Assembly (NCBI GenBank): GCA_020184695.1
Contig: JAANOX010000280.1
Span: 682,001 to 746,000 of the forward strand
DNA: 64,000 nt
From: Histomonas meleagridis 2922-C6/04-290x
Taxonomy: Eukaryota > Protista > Parabasalia
Reading direction: 5' to 3'
The notes under the pieces: model-generated
The model's input: the letters and a program-made list of their open reading frames with translations, nothing else
What the model was told of the DNA's origin: nothing
Databases searched by the model: none
Position numbers and translations under genes: made by a program
Part shown: in pieces, positions 1-12,114 of the stretch
Numbering within the stretch: position 1 is the stretch's first letter
Layout: the number at the start of each line of letters is the position of its first letter

Positions 1-372
1 TCTATCCGGTCGTTTGAAATTAGATCAAACAAATTTATTTCTTATTCTTATTCTCATAATTCGATATAAGTATTTGACAGAGATTAAGAATAATAGCAAA
101 GGATATTTTTTTAAATCTTTATATAAAAAAAACTCTTATATAGAGATTTGACACTTAAAAATTAAAAAAAATATATCTTCCTATAAAATTGGTTTATAAA
201 CAAATTTTTTGTGTTTTATATATTATTGAAAAATCATACTCATAATATTATTAATAATGATTTAACTATTAATGGTAGTCTTGTAACAAATCGTATTAAC
301 GGGTATTATATAAAATGCGGCAAAACGATAAAAATGTATAATTTTCTCATATATCTCTCGTTACATATATAA

Positions 373-1416
373 TTAGTGGCCAGTCTCCATGAGCTCCCAA
401 AGCAAATCCAAAATATGATGTACTGACAAATTTAGAATAATCAAAATTATATTATCAGATATCAGATATATAAAAAAACTTGAAAAAAAGCCAAAATTTA
501 TTATTAATAAAAAAAGACCCTCTTTCACAGCATATTGTTTTTCAACACATTCAGGGATGAAAATAAAAAAAAAAATGTTTATTGAAGTCAAATTTGGTAA
601 ATTGACCAAGATTCACTTATTGTATCAGGGCTATTGTGTTCTCAAGCATTGCATTGAGAAGAATTTTCATATGTTTCGAAATTGTTTTTGTTTCATCCAT
701 CCTGATGAGTTATGGGATGACATGTGGTATGAAATGTCACCAATCTGTGTTATTTGAACCAAGTTAGTCGTTGCTTTAGCTATACGAAACAATGAAAGCT
801 TGGTGCCTGCAAATATAACTGAGGCCATCACAGAGATCATAGTTTTTTCTGAATCAAGAACAATGATATTAACAGCATCTGATTAAATATCTGCCCATGT
901 CTTTATGGAATAAGGCAGTATATGCCATGGCGTTTCATCACCGTTTATGATTCGATCAGCTGGTTTAGTTTCGATCAGGTTTCTCACGGTTTTCATCCAA
1001 ACATCAAATGAAAATTTCTGCTGCTACCCCTGTTACGTTTTTTAAGATCAGATACAAAGTTTGGACTGAACATCACATCTGGGATGCAAGATAAATAAAG
1101 TCTTGATTTTGTAATTACAGTATATCTTGTTGAATAAAATTCGTCTTGATAAAATCTTAAATTGATTTTTCTTCATTATCCGTGAAGACTTTATGATAAG
1201 CTGTATGAACAGACACAACATATGGTATCCATTCCTTATCCATTTCCCAATTGTGGTACCTTCCACAGATTCAGGAATGTTATACTGTTTTGATAATCGA
1301 AGAATTGTTCCTCTGGTTTTGTTGGGAAAATGTTCAAAAATCTTACTACATAATTCTTTGCGCCTATAATAATCCCTGTGTAGAGACTTAAAAAATAGAA
1401 TATTTTGGGGTTTCAA
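373..1416 (-). mobile_element. Decayed pogo/Tigger-like DDE transposase (copy 1)
   Basis: Joining frames gives an HTH-like N-terminus (LSKQYNIPES...TIGKWIR), then VFTDNEEKSI*DFIKTNFIQQ, IINGDET(P/A)WHILPYSIKTWAD, MISVMASV..GTKLSLFRIAKATT, and SSHNSSGWM. These match the NxDET...KLP..IAKG...SGWM motifs of DDE_1/pogo transposases. Many stops and frameshifts; no TIRs identified. Confidence 0.75.
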
Positions 1417-1879
1417 CTTGACGCTGAAGATTTTCTAAATCGATATAATGTATTCAAATTTTTTTACCATAGAACTCGCGAATTGCTAGCATTTAATATT
1501 AATTCATTCTTAGGACCTAGGGTAAAAGTTCGAAATTAAATATTTCCTTCCAATAGATAAAAAATGGGATTAGTGATAATAGTAATTAGACTATGATTAG
1601 TCAAGAAAAAAATCTGTAAAAAAACTCAAAAAGTGTATTTATGGTCATGCTCATCGAAGAATATTCATTGTATACATGATTGTAACTTTATTAAGCCATT
1701 TATAAAGATCCTTGAAAAATATTCATATTCAAGTACCAAAAGTATCTCAATAAAATGTAATGTAACACACCATCAAATAATATTAAAAGTTTTTAAAGAT
1801 GATATATTTTTCAGAAAACATGTTCGAAAGCGGATCCCATATGAATTAACGGTTAAAATTGGAAATCTCTTTAGGCTTA

Positions 1880-2360
1880 ATGAAAATCAATTCTATTTTT
1901 TTGTATGATTATTTCTAGACTCATACATAAGTGCTGTTTGAAACAATTTAAATAATTTTCAAATATTATTTTGAAATCCAAAATTATTAAAATAAATCCC
2001 AAATAAAACAAATAAATATCTTTAGCATTAATATCAATTCCTTCTTGCTCAAGAAGTAATTTAACGATTTCTGTATGACCATTTGAAGATGCTTTCATAA
2101 GTGCTGTTCCAGAAAATTTCAAAAATTTAAAAATATTCTTTTAAAATTTCAAATAAAACAAATAAATATCTTTAGCATTAATATCAATTCCTTTTTTGTT
2201 CAAGAAGTAATTGAACTATATCTGTGTAACCTCTTTGAGATGCACGCATTAGTGCTGTTTCAAATAATTTAAATCATTTTCAAATTGTATTTTAAAATTT
2301 GAAATTATTCAAGTAATTCTCAAATATAACAAATGAATATCTTTAGCATTAATGCTAAAG
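1880..2360 (-). pseudogene. Truncated ankyrin-repeat array, each repeat interrupted by a 60-80-nt AT-rich insert (copy 1)
   Basis: 30-codon ankyrin blocks TALMRASQRGYTDIVQLLLEQKGIDINAKD and TALMKASSNGHTEIVKLLLEQEGIDINAKD, separated by inserts at 1938-2017, 2108-2167 and 2259-2338. Confidence 0.85.
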
Positions 2361-2632
2361 CATTGCGTTCTTTTTTGAAAATATCTATTGCATAAAATTA
2401 ATTATAAATTTTTGCGATCCTAAAATTCAATACAATCTTTCAACATAAATTAACAGAGCGAAACATATAAAAAACTATTCTTCATTTTATATATATCTTC
2501 ACGTCAAACAAACGTTCCAAATCAATGTTTCTTATAACTTTATTAACAAATCATCAAATGTTAAAAAATTTTTATTATATTTTATTTCTCTCGAAACTTA
2601 ACAATTATAACAATGATTCGCATACGTGCAAC

Positions 2633-4089
2633 TTACCATTCGCTATATACCTTACGCTGGTAATCAAACAAAACGTCTTGCGCTTTTTTCGCTAACTCTT
2701 CCGATTCGCTTTCACAAAGTTCTTCGAGCGATGACTTAAAGTCGTTTTCCTCAAGCATAGGTATGATGGTATCAGGACTCAACGTGTATAAATCGAATAA
2801 CGTGTCACACAAAAAACACAAGAAAGTCAATGTCGTCGCAATCAAGCATATTACAAAACAAAAAAATCAAATCTTTTGTTGCATATGTTTCCCTAAACCA
2901 TGGATCAGACGTCCTTAAAAGGCTTCCGAATATAAAGCATATATGTTTTGCATTAAAAAAACTTGTTTTGTTACATATTTCTAATAATGATTCAAATACA
3001 TGATTACGTAAAAAAAATTTCCAAAACTCATTTCCAAGCATATCTAAAGTTGACAAAATAAATTCTAGCTCGGTTGGAGTGGAAATAATGATGTTTTCTG
3101 CTGTTTTTGTAAAGAAGATTTTGTTTGTTGAGATTTTTTTGTATGAAAAACCGTTTTTACCGCAAAACGAAATTATGTTGTAAACTATTGAATATATTAA
3201 AGGTATAAACTCGAGTTGGGGAAAAACACTAAGAGCAGCAACGATTTTGTTTTCGAGTCCAAGAGAAAGGGCAATACGAATGAGAGTGTCATCACATGAA
3301 ATTGACTGTAGTGCTTTGAATGCACTTTTAGAAATTGGGCGATTTCTATCAATCCATTTGAAGCAAGAATTAACACTATGTACTATAAATTCTTCTGGAA
3401 TAAACGATTTGAGTTCATTGTCGTTGCATGCTAAAATAATAATGTTCCTAATAAAAATAAATGATTCATTTGCAACTAATCCTGGTCCATTCTCAGCTGA
3501 ATCCAAAATACCTTGAACAACTTGTGCATTGTTGGGGTTAAACAAGTTAAAACATGCGCTTTTTGATTTTGTAGATAGAATAGAAACTGCTCGAATTGCT
3601 TCTTTTTTAATTGTCTCATGACATTCATGAGAAACAATAAAATTAAATAAGAGGCTTACAGTTTCGTCAATTTGTTGTGTGGGTGGGAAACGATAAATAT
3701 GTTGAATAATTAAAATAGAGTTCAATATTAAATGTTCTTGAATTTGATTGAGCAAACACCATGCACACAAAAATCTAAAACATGATTTCCAATAATTATT
3801 TGAGGGTTTTGTGGTTCATTAAAAGCATTTTTTAAAGAATCATAATATGAGAAATGATATCGAGGGTTTCAAAATTAAAAGCGAGTTCGTTTCCATTCTG
3901 AAATTGATTAAAAGCATTATTGATTTCATTAATTGCGCTTTCAAGATATTCTTTGCAAGATTTATCATTTTCGTTTTTTTCCCTAGCGTCAATGGTTACG
4001 CTTGAATTGACATCATTTTCAGCCGATTCAAAAATTTTTTCTGATAGTTGCTGGTGAAATGAAGAAAATGAGTCCTTGTACCTCTCCAA
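2633..4089 (-). pseudogene. ARM/HEAT-repeat (importin-alpha-like) gene, disrupted (copy 1)
   Basis: Helical-repeat protein split over ORFs 3832-4089, 2805-3770 and 2633-2845. No ATG (TTG GAG AGG TAC AAG). The frameshift near 3845 is shared by all copies. Confidence 0.6.
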
Positions 4090-4189
4090 AACTGTTCTAA
4101 AAAGTGAAAAAATTTCAATGTAATGAATACTTTATCGTCCGTTCAAAATTTTATATGAGGTCTATGATTTCAAAATTTGAACCTGTTTT

Positions 4190-4620
4190 TGTGATTTTTG
4201 GGTGCAAAAATTAATGCTGTTTCAAATAATTTAAATCATTTCCAAATATTATTTTGAAATATAAAATTATTTAAATAAATATTAAATGAAACGAATAAAT
4301 AGTTTTAGCATTAATAGAGATACTTCAACTCCCAAAAAACATATTTTTTGTCTTCTTTTTTCATTACATTTGTAAGCATTCCACGAATTATATAATAATT
4401 TATATTTTAAATTATTCATGACAGCAATTATGAAAGCATCTTCAAAAAGTTAATACAGAAATAGATAAGTTCCTTCTTGAACAAGAAGGAATTGATATTA
4501 ATGCTAAAGATATGTTTTTATTTAAAAATTTATATAAATAAATTTTATATTTCAAAATAATATTTGGAAATTTTTTAAATTATTTAATACAGCATTTATG
4601 ATAGCATCTAAAAATAATTA
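4190..4620. pseudogene. Divergently oriented ankyrin remnants with the same ~80-nt insert (copy 1; also ~13690-14115 and ~22365-22760)
   Basis: Minus strand: INAKT[80 nt, 4221-4300]TALIFA. Plus strand: TAIMKASS...FLLEQEGIDINAKD[77 nt, 4512-4588]TAFMIAS. Confidence 0.75.
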
Positions 4621-4980
4621 ATTATTAAAATTATAATTAATTAAAAATTTAAATTTTCATGAAAATATAGTTAAATTACTTCAAGATTATGAAAAAAATG
4701 GTAATAATACCAAAAACCTTTAGGAATATTCATATATAAATATCATAATATCAAAGAAAACTTAAGTTTTGAAGCAATAAAAATAAACTGCTATAAATTT
4801 TTAGTTTTTTGTTTTAAAACAATGTAATAAATTTTACTTACAGAGGTATTATAACCCATTTTTATTCTTATAAATGAATTATTCATGCATGAAATGTTCA
4901 AGAAGTGTTTTCTAATTCTTAAATTTACCAAAAGTTATCTCCAAAAGAATCATTTGATCAGATGGAAGGTGAAAACCATA

Positions 4981-5508
4981 TTAAAAAACATTTAAAACAC
5001 GATTTTTATATTCATTTCCTTCAAGTAACTTTAAAAATTCGCTCAGGTCAATAAGTGGATTTGAAACAATATTTCTTTCTTCATTCATTTGTTGCATTCT
5101 TTGCTGTGAATATTCAACAGCTTCGCGGATTGATTCACTTATCTTTTGTTCACGTTGCTCGATTTCTTCCATTTCTTTTTGTGCATTGGTTCTTCTTCTA
5201 ATTGCTTTCATTTCTTCCCTCTTAGCTTCCATTTCCTTTATCTTTGCTTTGAGTTCAACAACTCTTCTCTTTGCTTTTAAAAATCCAATTCGCCTTCCAC
5301 TTAATGTTCTACATGAATCTTTATTTGGTGGAAGCCTTCTTGATCTCCTTTCACCTTCTTGTCTCATAGCTCTACCGAATCCTCCTTTACCACCTTTTAG
5401 TCTTAGATTAATATGGAAAATTGATTGACTTCCAGAAACCCATTAATCATCTGATGAAAGGCCCAATTTACTTTCAGCGAAATATTTCACAGAAAGTTCT
5501 TGATTGAT
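4981..5508 (-). pseudogene. SDE2: SDE2-like ubiquitin-fold splicing factor with an upstream in-frame stop (copy 1)
   Basis: Upstream of the tracked ORF the frame reads SDD*WVSGSQSIFHINLRLKGGKGGFGRAMRQEG...NKDSCRTLSGRRI. This matches the Sde2 signature LRLxGG|KGGFG...N..ACRDLSGRR and is followed by a coiled coil. Confidence 0.8.
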
Positions 5509-6557
5509 AATATAACAGTTGGTGATTTTAACACAGCAATAAAATTATTTAAAGGACTATTTAAAAAGCATGACGAAAATTATTTGGACTATGGGTGTTC
5601 ACATATTCTTATTCTTGTAAAGCGCAGGATTTTTCAATCAAAATTTTTATATTGAACTCTATCGTAAACTTGTTTCTAAAATACATTTATGGTTACATGT
5701 TTAGCCAAACTCTTGAGAAAAGCTTTTTCAAAAATATCAATAAATATAATATAAATGATGAATCTCTTCGTTTTGCATTTATTTTAAATAACCTTTCTGA
5801 ATTCAAAAAACATTTTACTAAAAGGAAAGAAGAATTTTTGAGCTTATTCGCATGACATGGATCATATTCCATTTTCCAATATATTTACCAAAATTGTCAT
5901 TTAAAATCATATCAAAAGATTAGAATTGCTAAGAGCATAGCTGCTGGTGACAAAATTAAAATTGCCGAACTATTCGGCTTAAAACTTGTTCTCGAATATT
6001 ATGCATCAACACCATTAGCATATGACCATATCGATATGTTTAAATTGTTTCTAAAAGAAAACTTCGGTGAACTATTGTCATATATAAATGTGGCTGTGTA
6101 CACAGCGGATGATTTACGAAGGCTAATTTGCCGATTTTTTATTAATAAAAAGAATAACTGCTGAAAATTATAAAAAAATGTTTCTTAACCCTGAGCATGC
6201 AGTGCAGTAGCAGCACGAAAAGGCTCATTGGTTTGTTTGAGGTATTGTATAGAACATTTAAATTTAAACATTGATGATTGTGCTATAAGTGATGGTTTGG
6301 ATAGGAATTCTATTACATTTCCAATATTACATACAGATTTAACAATGACAAAGCACCTTCTGGAAAAAGGTGAACATATTTACGTATGGTATGAAAGCTA
6401 TGTACCTATATATGCTTATAAAGAAGCACTGAAATTCAGAGATAAAAAATTTGTTAAATTCTTGGTAAAAATATGTGGAAGAACATTTAAACAAAAGGGG
6501 TTAAATATTTTGATGATGAAATCATTTTTATTAAATATTATATATATAATTTTATGA
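5509..6557 (+). pseudogene. Trichomonad ankyrin/DUF3447-type gene remnant (copy 1; also ~15010-15890 and ~23645-24693)
   Basis: Fragments such as IRIAKSIAAGDKIKIAELF, LAYDHIDMFKLFL, AVQ*AARKG and LTMTKHLLEKG across several frames, with stops. Confidence 0.5.
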
Positions 6558-6768
6558 AATTTTCTTTTGTGATAAAACTTTTTTTGTAAAGTAAAATATT
6601 AAATCAATTTGCTTTTTTTCTTCAATTAAACATATAAAGAATTTTGTTTTAAATTTATTGTTTCATAAAAATAGTAAAATAAAATTTTTTTATTTTTATG
6701 CAAAATATTGATAAATGTTCCACAAATTTCAAAATATTTGATGAAAAAATAAATAACATTGAAATTAG

Positions 6769-7190
6769 CTATTTATAGTCATCGTATGTAATTTCAACGA
6801 CTAGCTTAATTAAATCAGTTGGTTTATCCTTTATAAGCATCAAAGCATCTTCAACCTTTTCAATTTCATGAAAGCGATGAGTTATAAATTTTGTTGGAGT
6901 AATTTCTCCATTTCTAACGCTATTCACAAAAGTTAAAGCACTATGAATGTGCTTATAGCTCATTCCAACGCCCCACTCAAGACGTGGAATCTTAACATTG
7001 TTTCCTTTGCCAAGATATTTAACAGTTCCAATTACTCATCCAATTTTAACCATTTTAGCAGCTTCAGCAAATTGATCACAATTACTACCAGCAATGATAA
7101 CCTTTACAATCTATTACCATTGGTGAGCTTAAGAACTTGGTCAACAATATTATCATTATTAGAATTAATAATATCAGAAGTGCAACAGTG
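6769..7190 (-). pseudogene. C-terminal half of a Zn-dependent NADP secondary alcohol dehydrogenase (copy 1)
   Basis: SDIINSNNDNIVDQVLKLTNG...VKYLGKGNNVKIPRLEWGVGMSYKHIHSAL...TKFITHRFHEIEKVEDALMLIKDKPTDLIKLVV. This parallels the clostridial/Thermoanaerobacter ADH motifs TDIVNY...VPRLEWGCGMAHK...SKLVTH...EKAFMLMKDKPKDLIKPVV. Confidence 0.85.
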
Positions 7191-7804
7191 CATATTGATA
7201 TTAAAAAAAATTGAATTTAAAAAAAATTTAAAGATATGAACATTATTTAATTCTGGAACAATAAAATATTCCTGATTGTATAAAGAGATAATTAAATTTT
7301 CTCAACAAAAAGATTTAAGTTATCTATAAAGAGATAATTTCATAAATTTTAAAAAAAATTTATGTAATTCCATTTATTTATGTTATAGAAATGATATTGA
7401 CTGCTGTTATTGTTATAAGAATTTAAAAAAAAAAAAAAATGATATTTCAATATTAGCACAGAAAAAATAAATAATTTTGTTGCAACACTAATTTCCAAGA
7501 TTGATAAATAGCTCGATCCTCATTAACCAAAAAAATACGTATGTCGAACTCACCATTGGCAAATTATAACAGTGATATTCAACAGAAACAGGGTATATAA
7601 AATTTATATCATTGATTTTTTTTTCTTAACCCACACAAAGCTTATATTAATAATTTTTAAAAAGATTTAAGTAATACTTCCCTTTAATTATGTTTTAGAG
7701 AACTCTTCATTTTATTTTAAAGGTTTCATTACATCAATTTGATGATATTATTTACTGTTGTTATCTTTTTCTTCTTTGATATCTAAAAATCTTATGAATG
7801 ATTA

Positions 7805-9120
7805 TTAAAATAATATTAAGAATAATAAAGAACTAATACTTGAACCAAAAGCAAGTGTAACAGTTTTTTTGAACCAGATCTTAATGGAAATGAATTTGAT
7901 GTAATATTTGAGTTCGTGATTGAATTAGAATATATATTAGAATTCGTGATTGAATTAGAATATATATTTGAATTCGTATATGATACAGAAGATGTATTTG
8001 CTGTTGTAAACACATTCGATTGTGTAAAAGAGTTTGATTGTGTAAATGTATGTGTTGGCCATGGATTGCAATTTTCGATTGTTGTTCCTTTTGATACATT
8101 AAATTTCCCAAATTTTGTTGAATTATATGAATCCAATGTCATCACACATTTGACAGGACAATTATCAAATGCATTATCAATAACTTTAGGTTCTGAGTGG
8201 CCATAATAATAAAGACAAGTTAAAGATTTACAATTGTAAAATGCTTTTGTCTCAATTGAAACCACATTTTCACCTATAATAACAACTGATAAATTATAAC
8301 AACTATCAAAAATAGCTGGACTGATAATAGTTAATGAACTTGGTAATTCAATATTTTTTAAGAGAAAAAAACAAGATTGAAATGCTCGATGACCAATTTC
8401 CGTTAATTTATTTCCAAAAATTAAATTTAATAATTAAGTACATAAAAAAAAACAAAGAAATTTAATTGTAGAAAGTGAATTTGGTAATTTAATTATTTCA
8501 AGAGAAAAACAATAAGCAAATGAAAAAAATCCCAAATTTCGGTCAATTTTTTTCATTAAAAACAACCTCTGATAAATCATTGCAAGAATGAAATGCAGAA
8601 TTATTAATTATAGTTAAATTTTTCTCCCAAAATAATGCGTGAAAGTTTATCACAATAAGAAAAATGCAAACGAACCAATAATAGTTACAGAATTTGATAA
8701 ATTAATACTTTTTAGTGATGAACATTGATAAAATGATTTCCAACTGATTTCAATTAAATTTTCATTAAAAATAACTTTGGATAATTTAGTACATTCATAA
8801 AATCCATAATCTGAAATTGTGGTAACATTTTCACCAAAAGTAACATTTGATAAATTTTTGCAACCATCAAATGCTTGCTTGCCAATCACAGTTACTGAGT
8901 TACCAATTTTAACAGATGCTAGATTACTCCAATCTTTAAATGCATCATTTGGTATTTTCGTAATTTCACCCTCTATAATTAAAAATATAAAGTTTCTTCT
9001 TCATATTTTTGCACTTTCAAAATCTTCTTGTGTTTTTAATGTAAGTGTTTTTGTTTTATTATCAAATATTTCAAATGCTTGAATTGTAAAAATATAAAAC
9101 ATAAAAGAAATCATTCTCAT
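7805..9120 (-). CDS. BspA-like TpLRR surface protein (copy 1; frameshifts in homopolymers, probably sequencing errors)
   Basis: Paralog of 26034-27332, broken at poly-A/T runs. Confidence 0.75.
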
Positions 9121-9856
9121 TAGTATGAAAATAAAATAACAATGGTCATTACTTGTGTATGAAAAAAAACGAGACACAAAACTAAATTAAATATTACAAG
9201 ACATTGTCTAAATATTAGTTTTTGAAGACCTTATTGCACATATGTGAACGAAAGCCACTTTTACACAACCCAATCGACAAAAAGTTATTATTATTTTATA
9301 TATAATGTGTCCTATTCTCTAAACGGTCGTTTGAAATTAGATCAAACAAATTTATCTCTTAATCTTATTCTCATAATTCGATATAAGTATTTGACAGAGA
9401 TTAAGAATAATAGCAAAGGATATTTTTTTAAATCTATATAAAACAAAAACTCTTATATAGAGATTTGACACTTAAAATTAAAAAATATATATCTTCCTAT
9501 AAAATTGGTTTATAAACAAATTTTTTGTGTTTTATATATTATTTATTTCCAATATATATTATTTAAATCGAATGTTTAGCAAAATTAACAATGTAATGGA
9601 TTTGTAAATAAGAATTTGTAAAAATAGATCAAAAAAAGAATAATGTTAATATAAATCGTTTGTTAGTAAATATTATTAATGGTTATTCTATTGATGATTA
9701 TGCTTTGAAAAAAATCATACTCATAATATTATTAATAATGATTTAACTATTAATGGTAGTCTTGTAACAAATCGTATTAACGGATATTATATAAAATGCG
9801 GCAAAACGATAAAAAAATGTATAATTTTTCTCATATATCTCTCGTTACATATATAA

Positions 9857-10893
9857 TTAGTGGCCAGTCTCCATGCGCTCCCCAAAGCAAATCGAAAATA
9901 TGTTTTATTGACAAATTTAGAATAATCAAAATTATATTATCAGATATCAGATATAAAAAAACTTGAAAAAAAGCAAAAATTTATTATTCATAAAAAGACC
10001 CTATTTCACAGAATATTGTTTTCAACACATTCATGGATGAAAAAAAAAAAAAAAATGTTTATTGAAGTCAAATTTGGTAAATTGACCAAGATTCACTTAT
10101 TGTATCAGGGCTATTGTGTTCTCAAGCATTGCATTGAGAAGAATTTTTCATATGTTTCGAAATTGTTTTTGTTTCATCCATCCTGATGAGTTATGGGATG
10201 ACATGTGGTATGAAATGTCACCAATCTGTGTTATTTGAACCAAGTTAGTCGTTGCTTTAGCTATACGAAACAATGAAAGCTTGGTGCCTGCAAATATAAC
10301 TGAGGCCATCACAGAGATCATAGTTTTTCTGAATCAAGAACAATGATATTAACAGCATCTGATTAAATATCTGCCCATGTCTTTATGGAATAAGGCAGTA
10401 TATGCCATGGTGTTTCATCACCGTTTATGATTCGATCAGCTGGTTTAGTTTCGATCAGGTTTCTCACGGTTTTCATCCAAACATCAAATGAAAATTTCTG
10501 CTGCTACCCCTGTTACGTTTTTTAAGATCAGATACAAAGTTTGGACTGAACATCACATCTGGGATGCAAGATTAATAAAGTCTTGATTTCGTAATAGTAT
10601 ATCTTGTTGAATAAAATTCGTCTTGATAAAATCTTAAATTGATTTTTCTTCATAATCCGTGAAGACTTTATGATAAGCTGTATGAACAGACACAACATAT
10701 GGTATCCATTCCTTATCCATTTCCCAATTGTGATACCATCCACAGATTCAGGAATGTTATACTGTTTTGATAATCGAAGAATTGTTCCTCTGGTTTTGTT
10801 GGGAAAATGTTCAAAAATCTTACTACATAATTCTTTGTGCCTATAATAATCCCTGTGTAGAGACTTGGAAAATAGAATCTTTTGGGGTTTCAA
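9857..10893 (-). mobile_element. Decayed pogo-like transposase (copy 2)
   Basis: Near-identical to 373-1416. Confidence 0.75.
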
Positions 10894-11354
10894 CTTGACG
10901 CTGAAGATTTTCTAAATCGATATAATGTATTCAAATTTTTACCATAGAACTCGCGAATTGCTAGCATTAATATTAATTCCTTCTTAGGACCTAGGGTAAA
11001 AGTTCGAAATTAAATATTTCCTTCCAATAGATAAAAAATGGGATTAGAGATAATAGTAATTAGACTATGAATAGTCAAGAAAATCTGTAAAAAAACTCAA
11101 AAAGTGTATTTATGGTCATGCTCATCGAAGAATATTCATTGTATACATGATTGTAACTTTATTAAGCCATTTATAAAGATCCTTGAAAAATATATTCATA
11201 TTCAAGTACCAAAAAGTATCTCAATAAAAATGTAATGTAACACACCATCAAATAATATTAAAAAGTTTTTTTAAAAGATGATATATTTTTTTCAGAAAAC
11301 ATGTTCGAAAGCTGATCCCATATGAATTAACGGTTAAAATTGGAAATCTCTTTA

Positions 11355-11840
11355 GGCTTAATGAAAAATCAATTCTATTTTTTTGTATGATTATTTCTAG
11401 ACTCATACATAAGTGCTGTTATAAACAATTTAAATAATTTTCAAATATTATTTTGAAATCCAAAATTATTAAAATAAATCCCAAATAAAACAAATAAATA
11501 TCTTTAGCATTAATATCAATTCCTTCTTGCTCAAGAAGTAATTTAACGATTTCTGTATGACCATTTGAAGATGCTTTCATAAGTGCTGTTCCAGAAAATT
11601 TCAAAAATTTAAAAATATTCTTTTAAAATTTCAAATAAAACAAATAAATATCTTTAGCATTAATATCAATTCCTTTTTGTTCAAGAAGTAATTGAACTAT
11701 ATATGTGTAACCTCTTTGAGATGCACGCATTAGTGCTGTTTCAAATAATTTAAATCATTTTTCAAATTGTATTTTAAAATTAGAAATTATTCAAGTAATT
11801 CTCAAAGATAACAAATGAATATCTTTAGCATTAATGCTAA
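11355..11840 (-). pseudogene. Interrupted ankyrin array (copy 2)
   Basis: Same as 1880-2360. Confidence 0.85.
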
Positions 11841-12114
11841 AGCATTGCGTTCTTTTTTGAAAATATCTATTGCATAAAAATTAATTATAAATTTTTGCGA
11901 TCCTAAAATTCAATACAATCTTTCAACATAAATTAACAGAGTGAAACATATAAAAACTATTCTTCATTTTTTTTATATATCTTCACGTCAAACAAACGTT
12001 CCAAATCAATGTTTCTTATAACTTTATTAACAAATCATCAAATGTTAAAAATTTTATTATATTTTATTTCTCTCGAAACTTAACAATTATAACAATGATT
12101 CGCATACGTGCAAC

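Noticed and set aside
1938-2017. Canonical GT-AG splicing of the ankyrin insert using AACAG
   Set aside because: That AG lies within the Thr-Ala codons. Every GT or AT donor I tried gives a frameshift or deletes the D-x-x-x-x-T loop.
5440-5450. Stop-codon reassignment (in-frame TAA in SDE2, TAG at a Trp position in VPS13)
   Set aside because: Both lie in fragments with other lesions. Intact genes have no internal stops and end in TAA, TAG or TGA.
7881-8206. Short antisense and alternate-frame ORFs (for example 7916-8206, 34273-34611, 40610-40966, 48260-48520, 62305-62565)
   Set aside because: They overlap well-supported genes and have no recognisable motifs.
9307-10990. TIRs for the pogo relic (GTCCTA / TAGGAC)
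   Set aside because: Only 6 bp match and the match does not extend, which is expected by chance.
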